Positions 1-8,680 of a stretch of 64,000 bases of DNA are shown one piece after another. Both the position numbers and the translations under genes were made by a program. A model generated the notes under the pieces. It did not search any database. It was not told the origin of the DNA and was given only the letters and a program-made list of their open reading frames with translations. Position 1 is the first letter of the stretch; every line of letters starts with the position of its first letter. This DNA comes from Candidatus Latescibacterota bacterium (GTDB lineage Bacteria > Latescibacterota > UBA2968 > UBA8231): assembly GCA_965248265.1 (NCBI GenBank), contig CBDFJF010000001.1, positions 128,001 to 192,000 on the forward strand. Reading direction: 5' to 3'.

Positions 1-102
1 TTTTTCATCGGCTTGATCCTCGGCCAGTTTGTCTCCGCCGGCTTCTGGTGGGTCATCGACTATTTCACCGGAACCAGCGGCAATCATGTGATGTTTGTGT
101 AG
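1..102 (+). CDS. 3' end of a DUF6785/DUF6784-like membrane protein (truncated by window edge)
   Basis: Frame 1 reads FFIGLILGQFVSAGFWWVIDYFTGTSGNHVMFV*, matching the C-terminal PFFLGLIMGE motif of 43333..45270. Confidence 0.7.
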   Translation, partial: FFIGLILGQFVSAGFWWVIDYFTGTSGNHVMFV

Positions 103-111
103 TTCACGGTT

Positions 112-278
112 TAGTGCCTGTCACGAAAGTAGGCTTGTGAAATGAGGGCGCCGAGTCGCCCGGCCTGCAAGGCGCGCGAGTGAGGCATATCAGTGGGATA
201 TGCCGATTTGAGCGCAACGCAGCAGGTCGGGATGAATCGGCGGCCGAATACAAGAATACTTTCGTGACAGGGCACTTA
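112..278. repeat. MITE/REP-like nested palindromic element
   Basis: Terminal IR AGTGCC-TGTCACGAAAGTA (113-131) / TACTTTCGTGACAGGGCACT (257-276); inner stems CCCGGCCTGC/GCAGGTCGGG and GGCATATC/GATATGCC; intergenic. Confidence 0.7.
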
Positions 279-332
279 GGCTGAGCTTGGCAGCAGATCT
301 GTCGTGGATACTCTTTCCGCAGGAGGCGTAGG

Positions 333-2639
333 ATGCCGAAGGAACTCAAATTACGCAATGCGAAATACGATGTCGTTGCCTATGATCCGGTCACCAAGAT
401 CGCACGAGTGAACATAGATCTATATCAAGAAGCCATCGACCAGAACAAGCCGCCTTCGGACATTCTGTCCGGATGCAAGGTGATCAACCTGACCAAGCAC
501 AAGGCGGTGCCGCATCGAGTTTACTATACCAATGATCTGCAGTACGAAATGGAACAGGTATCGTGGCAGCCGGAGGAGGGAAACGAATACCGCATAGAAA
601 TATCCTCCGGGGAAGACTCAACGGCGAGGATGTTTCCCGCTGTCGGCGCGGGTGAGCCCTTGATGCTCGAAGAGGGCCCCTTGGACCTCGGGGCCTGCCA
701 TCCGCACCTCACTGTCGCTGACTGGGATGGCGACGGGAGACAAGATCTGCTCGTCGGCATTTCCGGAGAGGCGGGATACATATATTTCCTCAGGAATATG
801 GCGGACGACGACAACCCGGCATTCCATGCGGGTGTTCGGCTGCGAGCGGATGGGAAAGTCATAAAGGCCGCCGACGAGGAAAGGAAATCTGGCATCACCC
901 AACCGTGGGCAGGCGATTGGGACGACGACGGCCTTTTGGATTTACTCGTATTGTGCGGGGCGAAAGGCGAGGACTTCGAAAGCAGAATCACGTTCTACAA
1001 GAACGTCGGCAGCACGGGAAACCCACTCCTCAAGGACATGGGTCCGCTCCTGAACGAAAAAGGAGAACCTCTCGTGCTCAGTAGTGGAGCGCCCGGCTTC
1101 TACAACTGTTTCCATCCCACAGACTGGACGCGGAATGGGACGATGGATATTCTGGCCGTGATCCCTGACGAGCAGTTTCACGGCGAGAAGCAACTTGTGC
1201 TTTTCGAGAACGTGGGCACTCGTGCGATCCCGCGATTCTGCCAGAACCCCGTACCGATAACGACCAAAAGCGGCAATGGGATCAGTTTTCGAGGCCTGAT
1301 CGATACATTCCTGCCCGTGGACTGGATCAGGGAGGGCTTCACCGACATAATGCTGGCCACCTGCATGCATCACCGCACGATCTTCCTCTATGAAAATGCA
1401 GCAAAGAGCACGGAGGAACGACCCATTCTCCTGGACAGCGGCCCCAGCCCGAAGTCTGGCAGCTCTGGGTCACCGGCGCCAGAGGAATTCCAGACCGATT
1501 ATCCCGCTCCCGTTCTGAAGTTGCACAACGGCGAAGAAGCCTGTCTGCTCGACGTGTCTCCACAGATATCCTCCATTGAGGTGGTCCGCTGGGGCCCCTC
1601 CTCGAAAAGAGAACTGATCGTCGCCACCAACGAGGGCTACCTGTGTCGCTTCAGGAACCTGTCCGCTTCAGATCAAAAGCCGGTCCTTGACAGGCCTGAG
1701 GCGATCAAGGCCAGGCATCCGGCAATATTCGTGGGTGCATTCGCCGTCCCTGCATGTGCGGATTGGAATAACGACGGCAAACCTGACGTGATCGTGGGTT
1801 GTGAATGGGGTGAGCTGCAATACTTCGAGAACGACGGAACGCTAGAAAATCCCATGTTTATCGCCCGGGGGAAAGTCTGTGCGGACGGCGAGGTCATAAA
1901 ATATCCGGGGTGCTACAGACAGATTCTCGAGAATTTGAACGGCTACAGCTCGCCGATTGCCGTGGACCTGGACAGGGACGGCCTGATTGATCTGGTCGTA
2001 TCGGAGAGCAGGGGGTATTTCAACTTCTACAGAAACATCGGAACGCCGGAGAAGGCGGTCTTCGACCAGGGCAGAAGGCTGTACCTCGACGGGCAGGTGT
2101 TCCACAGTCCCTGGCGCGTCATGCCGGCGTTTTTCAACAATGATGGAGAAGGCTTCACCAACATGATCGCCAAAGAGGCGGACGGCACATTTTACTTTTA
2201 CAGGAACCGTGAAGACGACATCCTCACGTTCACCAAGACTCGTTCACTCACCATGGAGAGCGGACAGGTGCTCACCGACAACATGTATGGCAGAACCAGA
2301 ATCGCCATGGTGGATTGGGATGGAGATGGCGTCTATGATCTAGTTCTGGGCACCCACGGCCACCGGTTGATTGTCGAGGGAGATCGCTACAGGCTGGAGA
2401 CCGTCGGCGGCGGCGGCCAAGGCGCCGGGCTGATTCGTTTTGAGAACACGGGGACCAATGCCGAACCGATCTACAAGCTCCCCCGGGAGATGAAGGTCGG
2501 CAACGATATCCTCAAGCGCGGGGGGGGACATGCTCTGAACCCCAGTTTCACTAACTGGTTTGGCCACGAGAAAAACGATATGCTGCTGGGAACGGAGGAC
2601 GGGCGGGTTTACCTCTACAGGCGCGAACTCCTGTCCTGA
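333..2639 (+). CDS. FG-GAP/VCBS repeat beta-propeller protein
   Basis: 768-aa ORF, AGGAGG RBS, repeated DWDGDGxxDL / DWNNDGKPD motifs followed by F(Y)xNxG. Confidence 0.85.
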   Translation: MPKELKLRNAKYDVVAYDPVTKIARVNIDLYQEAIDQNKPPSDILSGCKVINLTKHKAVPHRVYYTNDLQYEMEQVSWQPEEGNEYRIEISSGEDSTARMFPAVGAGEPLMLEEGPLDLGACHPHLTVADWDGDGRQDLLVGISGEAGYIYFLRNMADDDNPAFHAGVRLRADGKVIKAADEERKSGITQPWAGDWDDDGLLDLLVLCGAKGEDFESRITFYKNVGSTGNPLLKDMGPLLNEKGEPLVLSSGAPGFYNCFHPTDWTRNGTMDILAVIPDEQFHGEKQLVLFENVGTRAIPRFCQNPVPITTKSGNGISFRGLIDTFLPVDWIREGFTDIMLATCMHHRTIFLYENAAKSTEERPILLDSGPSPKSGSSGSPAPEEFQTDYPAPVLKLHNGEEACLLDVSPQISSIEVVRWGPSSKRELIVATNEGYLCRFRNLSASDQKPVLDRPEAIKARHPAIFVGAFAVPACADWNNDGKPDVIVGCEWGELQYFENDGTLENPMFIARGKVCADGEVIKYPGCYRQILENLNGYSSPIAVDLDRDGLIDLVVSESRGYFNFYRNIGTPEKAVFDQGRRLYLDGQVFHSPWRVMPAFFNNDGEGFTNMIAKEADGTFYFYRNREDDILTFTKTRSLTMESGQVLTDNMYGRTRIAMVDWDGDGVYDLVLGTHGHRLIVEGDRYRLETVGGGGQGAGLIRFENTGTNAEPIYKLPREMKVGNDILKRGGGHALNPSFTNWFGHEKNDMLLGTEDGRVYLYRRELLS

Positions 2640-2684
2640 TCGAACAACCTGGCGGTGGGGTCGGCGTACGGCACCTTTCGGGAG

Positions 2685-5429
2685 TTATTCTTGACTTCCT
2701 TGTTTCCGTTCATCAAAAAAGCGCCTCACTTCCTTCGCAGACAACTGAGCAAGTAGCGCCTTCCTGTAAGCAACTAGCCGGTGCATGATATTTCGCAAGG
2801 ATTGGGTTGCCGGCAGGAGCTCCAAAGCTACATTCCCCTGCTGGATCGCATCGTCCACTTTCTTCAATTCCGTCGCCGATGTCGCATACCGATCGACTGA
2901 GAAATACCGGCCCAACACTTCCGACCATATCTGGGAGACCCGGCCGTACTGGCCGAACAGGTCGGCGTCTTCCTCCTGGAGATTGACGACAAACCGCCGA
3001 AAGTCGACAGGCCGGAATGGGAGTGCGTCCAACAGGTTATTGTCTCCCAGCTGGCTGTACTGGTGGAAACCGAACGCAGTAAAGAACTCGAGGATCGGCC
3101 GGTCATCGGTGTGCACGGGGACCTCGCCGACATAATCGCGCACGCCGTCCTCATCCAACAGCAGAAAGTGCACGAACTGAAACGGATGCGTGATATTCAC
3201 GTCCTTCAGGTCCGCACTGATACTCGAATTCGCAAACCCCTCCTGCAGGCGGTCGAGGTCGATCTCGAGCGGCTCTGGCGTGGCGACAAAGATGGAAAAG
3301 GTGGTGAAATCGTGATTCATCGTCCACACGCTCGGGTGTTCGAACACATCCGCAAACGTGTGGAGCAGGATCTTGAACTCGGCTTCGCTGAGCTGTACGT
3401 GCGGCGTCCAGGCACAGGCGATCCCCCCGCTGGCCAACCGCGATTTCATGAGCTCGAAATACTCCCGCGTATACAGATTCCCGTTCTGTTTGTATTGCAG
3501 ATTGGTCACGTCCGTCGAGATCACATCGTAGCGTGTGTCGGTTATGTGTAGATGATTGCGCGCGTCATTCAGGATCAACCGGAAGCTGGGTTGCTGCAGG
3601 GCGTTGGTGTTCTCACGAAAAAACAGGGAGGCAGCTTGCACGACCTCGGGCTCGATTTCCGCACAGTCCGTTTCAATCTCGTGCAGCGTCATCGACCGCG
3701 AGGTCCCGCCGCTTCCAAAACCGACGGTCAAGGCCCGTTTGGGTTCTGGATGCAGCAGGAGCGGCAGATGGGCGAGCATTTTTGAATCGATCCGGTTGCT
3801 GAGCGAGGAGGCGGCCACGGCCTGATCGTCAACGTACAGGGTCGTCCAAGAGGACTTGCTGCCGGGCCTTGTAGACTGTTTGGCCATGACCGTTCCCGAA
3901 CGGCCGGCCTTGTACAGCAACAGCGTGGTAGCTCTGCCGGAGTCGCTTCGAGCCGGCACGATCCAGTTCCCATCTCGAAAGACCACATTGCTGTTTTTCA
4001 AGAAGGGATGGCCGTGGACGCCATAGATGGCGGCGCCGACTCCCAGCAAGACGGAACAAGCCACGAAAGCGAACCTTCCGCGAATGGGATCGTCTTTCCC
4101 GGCCAGCAGTGTCAGGCCAGCTAACAGGCAACTGGCGCAGCACAAAAACCCCAGGCTGCCGACGAGGCCCAGCGGTGGAATGAGAAAGAAACCCAGGAGC
4201 ACGACTCCTGACATGGATCCCAGAGTGCCGATAAAGTAGTACCAGCCACTCTGTTCAGCAGTCGACTCCACGCGCGGGATCAACACCTGGCAGAGCGCCG
4301 GATAGGCCAGGCCCATGAACACGGTCGGCAGGAAGATCATCACCAATGAAAAAGACGCTTCAACACTCGTTAACATGGCCGGTGTCAGAGCCTCCTGTTT
4401 TGCCGGCATGTCGATGAATACTCTCTTCATTGCCGGAAACGAGTATACCAGAGGTAACGTGGCAAAGATTGTGAGCGCCGTTCCCAGATTGGAGAGCACG
4501 AATACTGTCAACCCCTTCACCCATCGGGCCAGCAACGGAAACAGCAGAATGCTTCCAGTAGAAAAACCCAGCAGGTACGTTGAGAGGATGAGCGTGAAGG
4601 TGATAAGACTGTTGGTGGTGTAAATGGCGAGGATCCGGAACCAGAGGATTTCGTAACCCAGGGCAAGGGCTCCAGCGAAAAAATAGATAATGACGAGCGT
4701 TTTCGGAGAGGGAAAGGGTTTCATGCCGTTTTGGCTTTCCCGTGTTCCGGATCCGTCGACTTGTACTGCGCTGTCACGCCTCAGCCAGGCGTTGGACAAG
4801 GCGATTAGCACCACCACAGCGTTTACAGAGCCAGCCACATACAGGCTATTTTGCACTCCCAATTCGCGGATCAGCACAAAACCCGTGGCCAGGCAGCCGA
4901 GCACGGCCCCGATCGTGTTGATGCCGTATGCCAGCGCAACCCCGCCTCCGACGTCACGGCCCTGTTCTACCAGGAGTCGGTTCATTGCCGGAATCGTGGC
5001 GCCCATCCCCAGCGTGGCCGGCAGGACGACCATGACGGAAAGGACAAACCGGTAAAACAGGGACAACAGCGGACCGGGCTCACTTCCCTGAAACAAATAC
5101 AGGTAGACATGGTCCATCGCGGCCAGCAAGACGGGTACCGCCAGCGCCCATACGCCTATCAAAAACTCCACCCAGCCGTAAAAGGCGAGGGTGCTTTTGA
5201 TACGTTTCAGCAATCTACCGCCGAAGTAGCTGCCGAATGCGATACCGCAGAAGAATGCAGTCAGAATGGCGGTCGTGGCCGGGGCGCTAGCGCCGAATAC
5301 CAGAATCATCTTTCGTTGCCACAAGGTCTCATAAATGAGAGCGCTGCAACCGGACAGGAAAAACAACGCCACCAGCAATCTGGAAGAGAAAATTTTCTCC
5401 GGATTCCTTTTGGCTTTATCCATGCCCAA
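2685..5429 (-). CDS. Fused multi-TM (MFS-like) / spermidine synthase-like protein
   Basis: About 12-13 hydrophobic segments (FFLSGCSALIYE, LPATLGMGATIP, YGINTIGAVLG), then a SAM-binding fold (VGFGSGGT, EIEPEV, DAR, YDVISTD, LYTREYF). Confidence 0.85.
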   Translation of the reverse strand: MGMDKAKRNPEKIFSSRLLVALFFLSGCSALIYETLWQRKMILVFGASAPATTAILTAFFCGIAFGSYFGGRLLKRIKSTLAFYGWVEFLIGVWALAVPVLLAAMDHVYLYLFQGSEPGPLLSLFYRFVLSVMVVLPATLGMGATIPAMNRLLVEQGRDVGGGVALAYGINTIGAVLGCLATGFVLIRELGVQNSLYVAGSVNAVVVLIALSNAWLRRDSAVQVDGSGTRESQNGMKPFPSPKTLVIIYFFAGALALGYEILWFRILAIYTTNSLITFTLILSTYLLGFSTGSILLFPLLARWVKGLTVFVLSNLGTALTIFATLPLVYSFPAMKRVFIDMPAKQEALTPAMLTSVEASFSLVMIFLPTVFMGLAYPALCQVLIPRVESTAEQSGWYYFIGTLGSMSGVVLLGFFLIPPLGLVGSLGFLCCASCLLAGLTLLAGKDDPIRGRFAFVACSVLLGVGAAIYGVHGHPFLKNSNVVFRDGNWIVPARSDSGRATTLLLYKAGRSGTVMAKQSTRPGSKSSWTTLYVDDQAVAASSLSNRIDSKMLAHLPLLLHPEPKRALTVGFGSGGTSRSMTLHEIETDCAEIEPEVVQAASLFFRENTNALQQPSFRLILNDARNHLHITDTRYDVISTDVTNLQYKQNGNLYTREYFELMKSRLASGGIACAWTPHVQLSEAEFKILLHTFADVFEHPSVWTMNHDFTTFSIFVATPEPLEIDLDRLQEGFANSSISADLKDVNITHPFQFVHFLLLDEDGVRDYVGEVPVHTDDRPILEFFTAFGFHQYSQLGDNNLLDALPFRPVDFRRFVVNLQEEDADLFGQYGRVSQIWSEVLGRYFSVDRYATSATELKKVDDAIQQGNVALELLPATQSLRNIMHRLVAYRKALLAQLSAKEVRRFFDERKQGSQE

Positions 5430-5438
5430 TCGGACTGA

Positions 5439-7625
5439 TCAATAGACGACGGAGAGAGTGCCGATTTGCGCGTCGTCTGCGGCGGCGTCCAGCGCCAGTC
5501 GGTACACGTAGGTCCCGGGCGGGACGAGCCGTCCGAAGCGGTCCCGGCCGTTCCACCTGAATTCATCCTGTCCGCTTCTGGACAGATTGGGTGGGAGCTC
5601 CCTGATCCGCGTGCCGGCGAGGTCGAAGATCACCAATGATACCGGGCTGTCCGCCGTTACGTCGCGCAGCCCGTACGAAATGATGGCCGTGTCATTGATA
5701 CCATCGCCGTTCGGCGTGAAGGGATTGGGGAACACGCCGATCCCCACCAACAGGTCGCCACCCACGGGGGTTGTCACGCTCAGGGTGTTGCTGGAAAACC
5801 GGTAGGTCGCGTCTCCCGGTTCGACTCGCTGTTTGACCTGGCCCGGATCCGTGCTGTTGGACACCCATCCTCTGAATTCGGTGCCGAAACGCAGCACCGC
5901 AATGTCGAAGGCGACCTCGATCTGCTTGGCACTGTCTCCTTCACCCTTGAGCTGGGGAAAATAGATGACGATACGGTCATCCTGTATGCCTGGCGGGTAA
6001 CCCGTCGTGGCGTTAGGGTCAGTGTACGCACCCAGGTCTACCGCCACACCGTCCACCTCGACCGAGCGCACCGTGTCGACGCGCGAATGAGTGAGGATCT
6101 CCAGGCGATCGAAGCCCAGATTCTCAGACAAAAAGGTGGGACGCACTACGTAGGAGAAAGTCGTCGGTGAGAAGGAGTCCACCTCGGGGGGCCAGATCTC
6201 ACCCGCGATCTCCTCCGCTGCGAAATCCGGCGATAGCTGCAGCGTTAGTTCATCGAGCCGGGGCGCGGTGTTGACCGTGGCGAAGAGCTCGATCTGGATC
6301 TGGATGTACCGGCTCGATCCCAGAGAGAGAAGAGGCGTGCCGTCTGTCCAGTCTTCGGGTGCTTGGGAGCGGTCGCGCAGACCCGCCTCGAACTCATAGG
6401 GCGGTGACCACGGGCCCCAGTTGTCAGTATCCTCGATCCGGACCTTTCCGGCTCGTGTGTCAACGGTAGCCCCTGCCCCCGCCGCAAAAAACGCTGCAGC
6501 GGTGATTTCGTCGTATTCCTCCTTGGAGATAGGGACGAGGTTGTCGTTGGGGTCTGTTTTGAAATACAGTCTCGGATCCGGCGTATTCCCCGCGCGAGTG
6601 CGGATCAGCACCCGCGTTCCTTCCGGCATGTCGCCACTCCAGCGGATCTTGCCCCAATTGACCTTCGCCCCGAAATCCAGAATGCGGCTCAGGAAGGCGG
6701 TCTCTCTGACAAATCCCCCGCCGTACACCTCGAACTCGGCGACCTCCCAACCGCGTTCGGTGTGTACTTTCAACGTCAGAAAGCGGATGGACCGGGGCGG
6801 GAAGCGCAGGTCCACGACCACATCCTTGCCCTCCGTCTCAAAGCGCAAAACTGTTGGCAGGAAGCGCTTTTGGTCGTAGGTCCAGATTCTCTCAGGATCC
6901 GGGTCGCAGGGGCCGCTGCGCCTCAGGGGGTACGAACTGTCGGCGACGCGGATTTCGTATTGGTCCACGAAATTGTCGGCAAAGCTCACCTTGCCGAAGG
7001 CCTCGTCCGGCGGTTTGGGATCTGCCAAACCCCGGATAAACAACAGACCGTCCTCGCTGCCGAGACGGGGATAGAAGCGAATGCGGTTGATGGGCAGATC
7101 CCCTCCCAGATCGATGACGGTCGGCGCCCCGTTCAGATCGTAGCCGCCTCCATCGGGATTCAGGAAGGTCGCAGTCGTCGGATCTCCGTCGAACATCGGC
7201 CTAACCAACTTCAGGAACCCGAATTCGAAGCCGCAGTCTCGGGCAAACCAGACATTCCCTCCCGTGAACGGCAGGGGAACCTTGCTTTCGGGTGACTGGG
7301 GATCGGTCAGCGTCAGGTTGACCGTTGGGTCGATAAAACGCGGTCTAAGGAAGCGGCTGTCGCGGCCTCCGATGGTGGTGTCCGCGAAATCGACCATCGA
7401 CTCCTCGCCGCCGCCGTATGGCGTGGTCGTCACCGGAACCGCGCCCTCCAGATTGCCCTGCGCATCGAAGAGCTGGTACACCCCGGCATCCTCGGACAGG
7501 GCGACCTGCCAGGGGTTTCCATCCTCGCCCCCAAGTCGGTACTCCGTTCCCCCCGGAACATCGGAGGCGCTCAGCAAGAGACCGCCCAACCACAACGCTG
7601 AGGATCGTCTGACAAGCCGAGTCAT
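5439..7625 (-). CDS. Secreted discoidin-like protein with C-terminal FlgD-Ig (PNPFTPNGDG) domain
   Basis: Signal-like N-terminus from ATG 7625 (ORF track starts 7679); DLG..IRFYPR; C-terminal PNPFTPNGDGIND...WNGRD..GRLVPPGTYVYRL. Confidence 0.8.
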   Translation of the reverse strand: MTRLVRRSSALWLGGLLLSASDVPGGTEYRLGGEDGNPWQVALSEDAGVYQLFDAQGNLEGAVPVTTTPYGGGEESMVDFADTTIGGRDSRFLRPRFIDPTVNLTLTDPQSPESKVPLPFTGGNVWFARDCGFEFGFLKLVRPMFDGDPTTATFLNPDGGGYDLNGAPTVIDLGGDLPINRIRFYPRLGSEDGLLFIRGLADPKPPDEAFGKVSFADNFVDQYEIRVADSSYPLRRSGPCDPDPERIWTYDQKRFLPTVLRFETEGKDVVVDLRFPPRSIRFLTLKVHTERGWEVAEFEVYGGGFVRETAFLSRILDFGAKVNWGKIRWSGDMPEGTRVLIRTRAGNTPDPRLYFKTDPNDNLVPISKEEYDEITAAAFFAAGAGATVDTRAGKVRIEDTDNWGPWSPPYEFEAGLRDRSQAPEDWTDGTPLLSLGSSRYIQIQIELFATVNTAPRLDELTLQLSPDFAAEEIAGEIWPPEVDSFSPTTFSYVVRPTFLSENLGFDRLEILTHSRVDTVRSVEVDGVAVDLGAYTDPNATTGYPPGIQDDRIVIYFPQLKGEGDSAKQIEVAFDIAVLRFGTEFRGWVSNSTDPGQVKQRVEPGDATYRFSSNTLSVTTPVGGDLLVGIGVFPNPFTPNGDGINDTAIISYGLRDVTADSPVSLVIFDLAGTRIRELPPNLSRSGQDEFRWNGRDRFGRLVPPGTYVYRLALDAAADDAQIGTLSVVY

Positions 7626-7687
7626 CGCTCTCTTTCTCTCCCGATTCCGACCCTTCGAAGCTGTGGCCTTGCGCGCCATGGCGCGCC

Positions 7688-8680
7688 CTACCTTTTCAGC
7701 ACTTGCTCGATCTGCTTCTGCAGTTCGGTCTGCGCCAAGGCGTGGATCCTCCGGGCTCGGTCCGTCCGGGCGAACTCCGCTGCGTGACGCCGCGCTTCCC
7801 TCACGTTTCCTGTCCGTTGGTAGACGTTCGCCAGTGCTTGGTGCACGTGGGGATCCTCCGGTGTCACCTCGAGGATTCTGCCCAGATGCTCAATGGCGGG
7901 AACGTACCGGTCCTGCCTCATCAGAAGCAACGCCAGACTCCAGCGAGCCTCCAGGTAATTCGGACTGTGCGCTACGGCTGAGCGCAGGTGCTTCTCCGCA
8001 AGATCCGTCCTCTCGGTCCGCTCCAATCGTACTGTCTCGCCGTCAGCTTTTTCGAGCCCGATCAGCAGATCCGCCATGCGAGTGCGAAGTTCCGGTTCTT
8101 GGGGAAACTCCTCCACCAGGGTTTTCCATTCTCCGATGGCGGATTGCGTGTTCCCGAGCCTTTGGTGCAGCCTTGCCAGCCGGTAGCGTACCGAGCTCGA
8201 GTCCGGGGCCATGGTCAGAGCGCGACCGTAGGCCTCCGTCGCCGGTAACAGCCGGCCCGCCGTCTCGTAGGCGTAGCCGATTTGAGCCCAAAGATCCGGC
8301 CACTGCGGCCGCCGGTCGGCGAGATCTTCAAAAACGGCGATGGCCTCGTCGTAGCGCTGTCTCCGGGCATAGGTCCTCGCCAGGCGCAACCCGACCGACA
8401 GTGAATCCGGTTGCCGGGCGAGGAATCTCCTGTACATATCGATAGCCTGAACCTGGTCCTGATCGTCGTACAACCTGGCCAGCCGCAACAGGGCCCCTTC
8501 GTGGTCTGTATGCCGTTCGAGGACCGACCGATACTCGCGGATGGCATGGGCTTTCATTCCACGTCTTTCGTAGTCCTGACCGAGGCGGTAGTGCTGGCTG
8601 CCGTCCCTGATCAGAAACACAGTAGCCATGCACATCAGGCCGATCAGAATCGCCAGGACGGCGTACCAGCGACGACGCAT
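7688..8680 (-). CDS. Tetratricopeptide repeat protein with N-terminal membrane anchor
   Basis: N-terminal hydrophobic helix and multiple TPR helix pairs; its ATG directly follows the TAG of the upstream gene. Confidence 0.85.
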   Translation of the reverse strand: MRRRWYAVLAILIGLMCMATVFLIRDGSQHYRLGQDYERRGMKAHAIREYRSVLERHTDHEGALLRLARLYDDQDQVQAIDMYRRFLARQPDSLSVGLRLARTYARRQRYDEAIAVFEDLADRRPQWPDLWAQIGYAYETAGRLLPATEAYGRALTMAPDSSSVRYRLARLHQRLGNTQSAIGEWKTLVEEFPQEPELRTRMADLLIGLEKADGETVRLERTERTDLAEKHLRSAVAHSPNYLEARWSLALLLMRQDRYVPAIEHLGRILEVTPEDPHVHQALANVYQRTGNVREARRHAAEFARTDRARRIHALAQTELQKQIEQVLKR

